From Sideroxydans sp. (GTDB lineage: Bacteria; Pseudomonadota; Gammaproteobacteria; Burkholderiales; Gallionellaceae), in contig JAQTTU010000008.1 in the NCBI GenBank assembly GCA_028710605.1, positions 92,409-156,408 on the forward strand: a stretch of 64,000 nt of DNA, read 5' to 3'. This document shows, in pieces, positions 19,286 to 28,051 of this stretch. The position numbers and the translations under genes were made by a program. The notes below the pieces were generated by a model. It did not search any database. It was not told the origin of the DNA and saw nothing but the letters and a program-made list of their open reading frames with translations. Numbering within the stretch: position 1 is the stretch's first letter; each line of letters starts with the position of its first letter.

Positions 19286-20091
19286 TGAAGGCATTTTTCC
19301 TGAGGAGCGGGCTCTTGCTGCTGGCGTTATCGCTGCTGTCCGCCTGCGGCAGCAAAGCGCCGGTCGCGCGCAGCGCGCGGCAGGAGCAGGCCATCGAATT
19401 CAACCAGCGCGCCCAGCGCGCATTTTTGCGCGGCGAATATCAGACTGCCGCCGGTTTGTACGAAAACGCGCTGCTATTGGATGCCGCCATCGAGAATGAG
19501 GAAGGCATCGCGATCAATCTGCTGAATCTGGCCAGAGTAAATCAAACGCTGGGCAAGCCTGCGCTGGCGCAACAGTATCTGGATAGGCTGCTGGGCGAAA
19601 AGGCGCTGAAATTTCCGTCAGCGCAACTGGCGGCTGCGGCCACGCAATACGGCCTGATCCGCTTGCAGGCAGGCGATGTTGTCACAGCGAAAATATGGGC
19701 GGACAAGGCGGCGGAATATTGTGCGTCAGACTGCAAATCGTCCGGGGTGATCGCCAATCTGCGCGCGAACATCGCCATCCAGTCCAACGATAAAGAGCAG
19801 GCGCTGTCGTGGAGCGAGCGTGCGGTTTCCGCCAACAAGGGCGAGTCGCAAGTGGAATATGCCAATGCCTTGCGTTTGTTGGCGCAGTCCAGATTGTTGC
19901 GGCAGGAATTTGCGTTGGCGCTGCCCTTGCTGGAAGAGGCGCTTGCAATCGACAAGACGCTGGGGCTGCCGGAAAAAATTCGCCAGGATTTGTTGTTGTC
20001 GGCGCAAGCGCAGGGCAAATTGGGGCGCGCGGAAATGGCGGTGCAATATCGCGAACGGGCGGCGCGCATCGCCGCCACTGCGGTGAAGTGA
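19285..20091 (+). CDS. TPR-repeat lipoprotein
   Basis: Lipobox LLSAC. Repeated A-x-x-Y/L-x-x-A-L TPR-like helices. The start overlaps the MCE gene stop. Confidence 0.7.
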   Translation: MKAFFLRSGLLLLALSLLSACGSKAPVARSARQEQAIEFNQRAQRAFLRGEYQTAAGLYENALLLDAAIENEEGIAINLLNLARVNQTLGKPALAQQYLDRLLGEKALKFPSAQLAAAATQYGLIRLQAGDVVTAKIWADKAAEYCASDCKSSGVIANLRANIAIQSNDKEQALSWSERAVSANKGESQVEYANALRLLAQSRLLRQEFALALPLLEEALAIDKTLGLPEKIRQDLLLSAQAQGKLGRAEMAVQYRERAARIAATAVK

Positions 20092-20092
20092 G

Positions 20093-21892
20093 ATGGAGCT
20101 GAAACTGGGCGCGCTGAAGTTGGCAAACGAAAAGGCCAGAATCGGTCTGGGTTTTGTCGTGTGTCTGCTGGTGACTGCGGGGCTGACTTTCTCCCACTTG
20201 AGCGAGAATCTGAACCGGAAAATACTGGACCGGCAATTTGTTTTTTTGCGCGATCACTACCCGCATCCGGTTGCCAACGATGTGGTGATTGTCGGTATCG
20301 ACGAAGCGACCTTCAAGACCTTCAAAGAACCCTACGAATTATGGCATCCCCACTTCGCCAAATTCTTGCAGGCCATGAGCCGTGCCAAGCCTTCTGTGGT
20401 CGGGATAGATGTGGCGTTGCCGGAACATTCCTACGATTTTTTGATACCGAAGTATGACCAGAATCTCACTCAGGGATTGCTCGCGCTGAAAGCGCAAAGC
20501 CCCATCGTGCTGGGGCAATTGCTGGACGAAAACGGCAACTTCCGTTCGGTGTATGCACCATTTATCGAGGCATCCGGCACGAATGCGCTGGCCACAGTCG
20601 TGGTTTGCTCGGAAGCGGACAAGGTGGCGCGTTTCGCCGATCCGAACCAGTGTACGGTCAATGCGCAAGGCGCGACCTTGACCGAAGCGATGGCGGTGCA
20701 ATTGGGCAGGAAGCAACCATCGCGCGGCCTGGTCGATTTCAGGGTGGGCGATGAGCTGACTTACATCCCGTTTCAAAAAGTGCTGGATTGGGCGGAAAAT
20801 GGAGATGACGAGCAAATGCGCAATGCGTTTGCAGGCAAGCCAGTGTTGCTCGGCATGATTTTGCCGTTTGAAGATCGCGTGAATTTGCCCGTGGTGCTGG
20901 CGGCGTGGGAGCCGGAAAACCGTCATGTATCCACTGTGGTGTGGCATGCACAGGCGCTACGTTCGATGCTGGAGCGCGGTTTGATTCAGGAATCCCATCA
21001 CGATCTGGTGCTGGCGTTGAGCCTGCTCGCGGCTTTGCTTTGGTTTGCCCGTTTGCACTGGTTCAAGTTTGTGTCGCTGGTGATTTTTCCGATTGTGTTG
21101 CTGGCTTATTCGACCTGGCATCTGAGTCAGGCGGCTTATTTACCGGTGGGCGGAATATTGCTCTCGGGCTTTGCTGCATTCGGTTTGCGTTCCATTTATG
21201 AATTGATATTGAAAGCGCGCGAGAACAAGGAACTGCGCGGCATCTTCGGCAGTTACGTGAGCGCCGAGACCTTGCGCGAACTGATCGCGGGCGGCGTGAA
21301 ATCGCGTCTTGAGGGCGAGCGTAAACGGGTGTGCATCCTGTTTGCCGACATCCACAATTTCGGCGCGCGCAGCGAAAGCAGTTCGCCCAAAGAAGTGGTC
21401 GCATTGCTCAACGAATACTTCACCGAAATGACGGTCGCCATCCACCAGCACAACGGCACGGCCAGCAAGTTTATCGGCGATGCCATCATGGCCTGCTTCG
21501 GCGCGCCGCAAGCATTGGAATGCCCGGAGAAAAACGCATTGGAAGCCGCACAGGCAATGCTGTTGCGCGTGCGCCAGGTCAATGCGCGTTTGAAGGAGCA
21601 GGGCATCGCTCCGATTGAGATCGGTATCGGACTGCACGTGGGCGACGTGGTGATCGGACATATTGGCTCGGAAGCGCGCCACGAATACACCGCCATTGGC
21701 GAAGTGGTGAGCATGGCGGCCAAGCTGGAAGAGCTGACCAAGACTTTGGGCTACCCGGTAGTGTGCTCCAGGGCGGTGGCGGAAAGAGTTGAACTGTCCG
21801 GCGGGTTGACCGAGCTGGGCGAGCAAACAATGAAAGGTAATGCCGTATTGTCGGTGTGTGGCTGGTATCCACCTTTGCTTGCGGCGAACTGA
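20093..21892 (+). CDS. CHASE2 sensor / class III nucleotidyl cyclase with non-canonical transition-state residues
   Basis: N-terminal TM, about 270-aa periplasmic CHASE2-like region, three TM helices, then a cyclase domain: ILFADIHNFG and KFIGDAIMACFGAP are present, but the GDxVNxAxR block reads GEVVSMAAK. Confidence 0.8.
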   Translation: MELKLGALKLANEKARIGLGFVVCLLVTAGLTFSHLSENLNRKILDRQFVFLRDHYPHPVANDVVIVGIDEATFKTFKEPYELWHPHFAKFLQAMSRAKPSVVGIDVALPEHSYDFLIPKYDQNLTQGLLALKAQSPIVLGQLLDENGNFRSVYAPFIEASGTNALATVVVCSEADKVARFADPNQCTVNAQGATLTEAMAVQLGRKQPSRGLVDFRVGDELTYIPFQKVLDWAENGDDEQMRNAFAGKPVLLGMILPFEDRVNLPVVLAAWEPENRHVSTVVWHAQALRSMLERGLIQESHHDLVLALSLLAALLWFARLHWFKFVSLVIFPIVLLAYSTWHLSQAAYLPVGGILLSGFAAFGLRSIYELILKARENKELRGIFGSYVSAETLRELIAGGVKSRLEGERKRVCILFADIHNFGARSESSSPKEVVALLNEYFTEMTVAIHQHNGTASKFIGDAIMACFGAPQALECPEKNALEAAQAMLLRVRQVNARLKEQGIAPIEIGIGLHVGDVVIGHIGSEARHEYTAIGEVVSMAAKLEELTKTLGYPVVCSRAVAERVELSGGLTELGEQTMKGNAVLSVCGWYPPLLAAN

Positions 21893-22674
21893 TGTCTGAC
21901 CTTTGGAGCAAAATCAGTCTGTGGTTGAAGCTGGGGCAGATAGTCCAGACGGCGCGCGGTTGTTTTGATTTGTGGTGGTATGCAACCAGCCATTACCGCG
22001 TATTAAAAATCGTCCCGGTCAACACCGTATTCCATCGCCAGATATTTTTCACCGGGGTCGAGGCGTGGGGCATTGTCGCGGTGTTCGGCTTTCTGTGCGG
22101 CACGCTGGTTATCACCCAGACCACCTCGCTGGTCGGCGGCGACAGCGAGCTTACCGTGAAAATTTTGATCTGGACCGTGGTGCGCGAAGTCGGCCCCTTG
22201 TTCGCCGCCATCATCATCATCGCGCGCAGCAGCGCAGCCATCGCCTCCGAGTTGGCGCTGATGAAAACGCGCAACGAAATGACCCACCTCTCGCGCATGG
22301 GCATCTCGCCGCAAGACTATCTGATCGTGCCGCGCATCTTCGGCGTAACGCTGGCGGTAATGGCGCTGACCATTTACTTCCAGGTTGTCGCCATCGGCGG
22401 CGGTCTGGCCGTGAGCGCACTGTTTCAAAACGTTTCCTATCTCGATCAAATCGGGCGCTTCCTGAGCACCGTCAAACTCAGCGAATTCGTGCTGGTCGCG
22501 TTCAAAGGCTGCCTGTTCGGCATCGCCATTTCCACCATCTCCTGCTACAACGGCATGCAAGCCAAACCCTCGGTGACCGAAGTCCCCAAAGTCGCCATCC
22601 GCGCCGTGCTGCAAAGCCTGCTGTTCGTGTTCACGCTGGATGCGTTGATCGCCTATGTCACTATGGCGGGGTGA
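21892..22674 (+). CDS. MlaE-like ABC transporter permease
   Basis: VREVGPLFAAIIIIARSSAAIASELALMKTRNEM..LSRMGISPQDYLIVPRIFG is the MlaE/YrbE signature. The start overlaps the cyclase stop (TGATG). Confidence 0.85.
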   Translation: MSDLWSKISLWLKLGQIVQTARGCFDLWWYATSHYRVLKIVPVNTVFHRQIFFTGVEAWGIVAVFGFLCGTLVITQTTSLVGGDSELTVKILIWTVVREVGPLFAAIIIIARSSAAIASELALMKTRNEMTHLSRMGISPQDYLIVPRIFGVTLAVMALTIYFQVVAIGGGLAVSALFQNVSYLDQIGRFLSTVKLSEFVLVAFKGCLFGIAISTISCYNGMQAKPSVTEVPKVAIRAVLQSLLFVFTLDALIAYVTMAG

Positions 22675-22684
22675 CTTGCTTTGC

Positions 22685-22709
22685 TTTCCGGCTTGTGCCG
22701 AAATGACGG
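22685..22709 (+). repeat. Degenerate CGTCATTCCGGC-type hairpin
   Basis: TTTCCGGCTTGTGCCGAAATGACGG; compare ATTCCGGCCTGCGCCGGAATGACGG at 7895-7919. Confidence 0.55.
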
Positions 22710-22795
22710 ACTTAAGAGAATCGCAGCAGGCATAGCCAATCCGCAAGCGTTGTGTTAGATTCTGTCCAGTCTGGCCAGAATTAATGGAGAACATC

Positions 22796-23074
22796 ATGCG
22801 CAGCGAACGACAGTTTCAGGAAGCAACGGGTCATTGGCAATTACAGGAAGCAAAGGGCAACTTCAGCCAACTCATCAAGCGGGCGGCGGGCGGCGATGCG
22901 CAAATGGTCACTGTACACGGCAAGCCTACGGCGGTAGTTGTTTCGGCGGAAGAGTACGCCCGGCTCACCCGCCACCGCACCAAGCTCTCCAGCGCGCTGC
23001 TGCGTCCCGACCTCGCAGCCGAAGACCTGGACATTACCCGCAGCCGCGACGCTGGGCGCGACATCGAGCTATGA
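22796..23074 (+). CDS. Type II antitoxin, Phd/YefM family
   Basis: WQLQEAKGNFSQLIKRA..VTVHGKPTAVVVSAEEYARL. It overlaps the toxin start (ATGA). Confidence 0.8.
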   Translation: MRSERQFQEATGHWQLQEAKGNFSQLIKRAAGGDAQMVTVHGKPTAVVVSAEEYARLTRHRTKLSSALLRPDLAAEDLDITRSRDAGRDIEL

Positions 23075-23493
23075 GCTGGCTGCTGGACACCTGTGCGCTT
23101 TCCGAATACGCCAAGAAAGCTCCAGCGACTAAAGTGATAGCTTGGCTGGACGAACAGGACGAGGCCAGCCTTTTTATCAGCGTCATCACGCTGGGCGAAA
23201 TCGAAAAAGGCATCCTCAAATTGCGCTCCCGCGACACGCGCCGCAGCCAGAAGCTCACCGCTTGGTTGGGCAAGGTGGAACAACGTTTCGCCGGACGCAT
23301 CCTGCCGCTCGATGCCGCCACTCTCCACGTCTGGGCGCAAATCGCCGCGCATTGCGAGCTGGCCGGGCAACCCATGCCAGTGATGGACGGCCTGCTCATG
23401 GCCACCGCCCAATGCCACGGACTCACCGTGGTCACCCGCAACGTGCAGGATTTTGCGCCGTATCCACAAATCTTTAATCCTTGGGAGCTGTGA
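23071..23493 (+). CDS. vapC: Type II toxin VapC (PIN-domain ribonuclease)
   Basis: MSWLLDTCALSE (first PIN Asp), ..ITLGEIEKG.., C-terminal VVTRNVQDF. Confidence 0.85.
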   Translation: MSWLLDTCALSEYAKKAPATKVIAWLDEQDEASLFISVITLGEIEKGILKLRSRDTRRSQKLTAWLGKVEQRFAGRILPLDAATLHVWAQIAAHCELAGQPMPVMDGLLMATAQCHGLTVVTRNVQDFAPYPQIFNPWEL

Positions 23494-23586
23494 TCCTGCC
23501 GCAGCCCCAATACCATTTCGACCTACAACCCCCGAGTCATATAAACCGATACAAATTTTTCGATTTTAATAACCGTGCATCGTGGA

Positions 23587-23643
23587 GATGCCCGTCAATA
23601 GGCGATCTACGCTATTCAATTGCTGGAGAGTGGCGTGTTTATT
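23587..23643 (-). repeat. GTAG-65 dispersed repeat, copy 3 (inverted)
   Basis: The reverse complement reads AATAAACACGCCACTCTCCAGCAATTGAATAGCGTAGATCGCCTATTGACGGGCATC. Confidence 0.85.
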
Positions 23644-23785
23644 GGTTTGCGAGCAAGGTGAGTTTTGCAGTTGGCAAATTTTATTTAACACTTGCCTCCT
23701 ATCGCCACTCACTCTCGGCATCCCCTGTGACTTGCGCTATACTGCGCGCCGCTTGGCGCAGGGTGCGTCCGGTCGAAATTTGAAG

Positions 23786-23810
23786 TGCGGCGCTCGCCGC
23801 ATTTGTTTTT
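23786..23810 (+). terminator. Terminator-like hairpin in the thrS leader
   Basis: TGCGGC GCTC GCCGCA followed by TTTGTTTTT, 17 nt before the thrS ATG. A TATACT box lies at about 23738. Confidence 0.4.
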
Positions 23811-23826
23811 AGCAGAGTGAATAAAA

Positions 23827-25740
23827 ATGCCTGTCATTACCTTACCGGACGGTTCTCAACGTAGTTTTCCCAACCCCGTGACTGTGGCTGAAGTCGCGCA
23901 AAGTATTGGTGCCGGTTTGGCGCGTGCGGCGCTGGCGGGCAAGGTGGACGGGGTGCTGGTGGATACATCGCACCTGATTTCTGCCGATGCCAGGCTGGCG
24001 ATCATCACCGACAAGGATGCCGACGGTCTCGATCTGATTCGCCACTCCACCGCGCACTTGCTGGCGTATGCGGTGAAGGAGTTGTTCCCCGAAGCGCAGG
24101 TGACCATCGGTCCGATGATAGAAAACGGTTTCTATTACGACTTCGCCTATTCGCGTCCTTTCACGCCGGAAGATTTGGAGGCCATCGAAAAACGCATGGC
24201 GGAGTTGTCCAAGAAAGATTTGCCGGTGACGCGCAAGGTTGTGCCGCGCGACGAGGCGGTGGCTTATTTCAAATCGTTGGGCGAAAAATACAAAGCCGAG
24301 CTGATCGAAGCTATTCCTGCCGATCAGGATGTGTCGCTATATACGGAAGGCGAGTTCACCGATTTGTGTCGCGGCCCGCACGTGCCTTCGACCGGCAAGC
24401 TGAAGGTGTTCAAGTTGATGAAGGTGGCCGGTGCGTATTGGCGCGGCGATTCGAAGAACGAGATGCTGCAACGCATCTACGGTACGGCCTGGGCGAAGAA
24501 GGAAGACCTCGACGCGTATCTGATGCGTTTGGAAGAAGCGGAAAAGCGCGACCACCGCAAGCTGGGCAAGTTGCTCGATCTGTTCCACATGCAGGACGAA
24601 GCGCCGGGCATGGTGTTCTGGCATCCCAAGGGCTGGGCGATGTGGCAGGTGATTGAGCAGTACATGCGCCGCGTGTATCGCGACAACGGCTATCAGGAAA
24701 TCCGCTGCCCGCAGATCATCGACCGCGTGCTGTGGGAAAAATCCGGCCACTGGGAACACTACAAGGCCAACATGTTTACCACCGAGTCGGAAAAACACGA
24801 CTACGCCATCAAGCCGATGAACTGTCCCGGCCACGTGCAGGTGTTCAATGCCGATTTGCGTTCGTATCGTGAATTGCCGTTGCGCTACGGCGAGTTTGGT
24901 TCATGCCACCGCAACGAGCCGTCCGGCGGTTTGCACGGCCTGATGCGCGTGCGCGGTTTCGTGCAGGACGATGGTCATATCTTCTGCACCGAAGCGCAGA
25001 TCGAATCCGAAGTGACGGCATTCAATGCGCTGGTGCTGAAGGTTTACAAGGACTTCGGTTTTCACGACGTGGTGGTGAAACTGGCGTTGCGCCCTGAGGG
25101 CAGGGTTGGCTCCGACGAAATCTGGGATAAGTCCGAGAATGCCTTGCGCGCGGCATTGAGCGCTTCCGGCATGACTTGGGAAGAATTGCCGGGCGAGGGC
25201 GCGTTCTACGGCCCGAAGATCGAATTCCATATCAAGGACGCGATTGGGCGCTCATGGCAGTGCGGCACGATTCAAGTGGACTTCTCCATGCCGGGACGCT
25301 TGGGTGCTGAGTACGTTGATGAGGACAACAGCCGCAAAGTGCCGGTGATGCTGCACCGCGCGATACTGGGTTCGCTGGAGCGTTTTATTGGCATTCTGGT
25401 CGAGAATCATGCCGGGGCGTTGCCGTTGTGGCTGGCTCCGGTGCAGATGGTGGTGATGAATATCTCGCAGGCGCAGGAGCAATATGCCGAAAAAGTAGCT
25501 GAATCCTTGCGTGCATCCGGCTTGCGCGTGCAATCAGATTTGCGCAACGAGAAGATTACCTATAAAATCCGCGAACATAGCTTGCAGAAGTTGCCTTACC
25601 AGCTGATTATCGGCGACAAGGAAATGGCTGCAGGTCTCATTGCCGTGCGATCCCGAACAGGTGAAGACCTTGGGCAGATGTCGGTGGAGGCGCTGTTACA
25701 GCGCTTGCAGGCCGATCTGCATGCGGAGAGCGCGGTTTAA
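23827..25740 (+). CDS. thrS: Threonine--tRNA ligase
   Basis: 637 aa with TGS N-terminus and class II core ([25 protein letters not shown]). Confidence 0.95.
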   Translation: MPVITLPDGSQRSFPNPVTVAEVAQSIGAGLARAALAGKVDGVLVDTSHLISADARLAIITDKDADGLDLIRHSTAHLLAYAVKELFPEAQVTIGPMIENGFYYDFAYSRPFTPEDLEAIEKRMAELSKKDLPVTRKVVPRDEAVAYFKSLGEKYKAELIEAIPADQDVSLYTEGEFTDLCRGPHVPSTGKLKVFKLMKVAGAYWRGDSKNEMLQRIYGTAWAKKEDLDAYLMRLEEAEKRDHRKLGKLLDLFHMQDEAPGMVFWHPKGWAMWQVIEQYMRRVYRDNGYQEIRCPQIIDRVLWEKSGHWEHYKANMFTTESEKHDYAIKPMNCPGHVQVFNADLRSYRELPLRYGEFGSCHRNEPSGGLHGLMRVRGFVQDDGHIFCTEAQIESEVTAFNALVLKVYKDFGFHDVVVKLALRPEGRVGSDEIWDKSENALRAALSASGMTWEELPGEGAFYGPKIEFHIKDAIGRSWQCGTIQVDFSMPGRLGAEYVDEDNSRKVPVMLHRAILGSLERFIGILVENHAGALPLWLAPVQMVVMNISQAQEQYAEKVAESLRASGLRVQSDLRNEKITYKIREHSLQKLPYQLIIGDKEMAAGLIAVRSRTGEDLGQMSVEALLQRLQADLHAESAV

Positions 25741-25761
25741 TTTTTTAATGGAGAATTTCCA

Positions 25762-26280
25762 ATAGCACAGGATAAGTCGCAGCGTATCAATGAGCAGATA
25801 ACAGCACCGCAGGTGCGGCTCATCGGCGCGGAGGGAGAGCAGGTTGGTGTCGTGGCAATCGCGGAAGCATTGCGCATGGCGGACGAAGCGGAATTGGATC
25901 TGGTGGAGATAGCGCCTTTGGCCGAACCGCCTGTTTGCCGGATCATGGATATCGGCAAATTCAAATACGCGGAAGCCAAAAAACAGCACGAAGCCAAGCT
26001 AAAGCAGAAGCAAGTTCAGATCAAAGAGATCAAGTTTCGTCCGGGTACGGACGAGGGCGACTACAACATCAAGTTGCGCAACCTGATCAAATTTCTGGCT
26101 GATGGCGACAAAACCAAAATTACCCTGCGCTTCCGTGGGCGCGAGATGGCGCACCAGGAAATCGGCATGAAGCTGATCGAGCGCATCCGGGGCGATTTGG
26201 ACGAGCATGGCGTGGTCGAGCAATTCCCCAAGATGGAAGGCCGTCAGATGGTGATGGTGCTCGGTCCAAAGAAGAAATAA
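25762..26280 (+). CDS. infC: Translation initiation factor IF-3, probable non-canonical AUA start
   Basis: The conserved N-terminus ..[20 protein letters not shown] lies upstream of the first GTG (25813). The only in-frame start-like codon with an SD (GGAG, 8 nt upstream) is ATA at 25762. Confidence 0.8.
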   Translation: MAQDKSQRINEQITAPQVRLIGAEGEQVGVVAIAEALRMADEAELDLVEIAPLAEPPVCRIMDIGKFKYAEAKKQHEAKLKQKQVQIKEIKFRPGTDEGDYNIKLRNLIKFLADGDKTKITLRFRGREMAHQEIGMKLIERIRGDLDEHGVVEQFPKMEGRQMVMVLGPKKK

Positions 26281-26410
26281 GTTTGTATCGTAGCGGAGCA
26301 AGGGACTTGCCGTTGCGGTGGTAGTACAAAGAGTCCCGCATAAGTGATTTCGGGTTTTTAAGTGTTTCTGTCAGAAACCTCCCGGCATCATCAAATAAAA
26401 TGGAGTTGTT

Positions 26411-26608
26411 ATGCCAAAGATGAAAACCAAAAGCAGTGCGAAAAAACGCTTTGTCGTTCGCGCTGGTGGCACCATCAAACGCGGTCAAGCGTTCAAGCGC
26501 CACATCCTTACCAAGAAAACCACCAAGAACAAGCGTCAATTGCGCGGTTCGACCGGTGTCCATGAAACCAACACAGCATCGGTTCGCGCCATGATGCCTT
26601 ACGCGTAA
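26411..26608 (+). CDS. rpmI: 50S ribosomal protein L35
   Basis: [14 protein letters not shown].. Confidence 0.93.
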   Translation: MPKMKTKSSAKKRFVVRAGGTIKRGQAFKRHILTKKTTKNKRQLRGSTGVHETNTASVRAMMPYA

Positions 26609-26618
26609 GGAGTAGAAC

Positions 26619-26978
26619 ATGCCAAGAGTAAAACGTGGTGTAACGGCGCGTGCGCGCCATAAGAAAGTTCTGAATCTGGCCAAGGGTTACCGTGGTCGCC
26701 GCAACAGCGTTTATCGCATCGCCAAAGAAGCGGTGATGAAGGCCGGTCAATATGCCTACCGCGACCGTCGTCAACGCAAGCGTCAGTTCCGCACTCTGTG
26801 GATCGCCCGTATCAATGCGGCTGCACGTGAACAAGGCATGGCGTATAGCGTGTTCATGAACGGCCTGAAAAAGGCGATGATCGAGATCGATCGCAAGGTG
26901 CTGGCCGATTTGGCCGTGTTCGACAAGGCTGCGTTCGCGCAGATCGTCGCACAAGCCAAAGCCAGCCTAGTCGCGTAA
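26619..26978 (+). CDS. rplT: 50S ribosomal protein L20
   Basis: [18 protein letters not shown].. Confidence 0.95.
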   Translation: MPRVKRGVTARARHKKVLNLAKGYRGRRNSVYRIAKEAVMKAGQYAYRDRRQRKRQFRTLWIARINAAAREQGMAYSVFMNGLKKAMIEIDRKVLADLAVFDKAAFAQIVAQAKASLVA

Positions 26979-26992
26979 GTATTGCGCTAAAT

Positions 26993-27022
26993 AAAAAAGG
27001 AGGCTTCATGCCTCCTTTTTTT
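26993..27022 (+). terminator. Intrinsic terminator/attenuator between rplT and pheS
   Basis: GGAGGC TTCAT GCCTCC followed by T7. Confidence 0.65.
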
Positions 27023-27035
27023 GTTTCAAGACTGA

Positions 27036-28049
<1,014 letters not shown>

Positions 28050-28051
28050 CT

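Noticed and set aside
23481-23812. ORFs 23481-23783 and 23582-23812 (100 and 76 aa) in the vapC-thrS spacer.
   Set aside because: They run through a GTAG-65 repeat copy and the thrS leader. They have no SD, odd composition and no motif.
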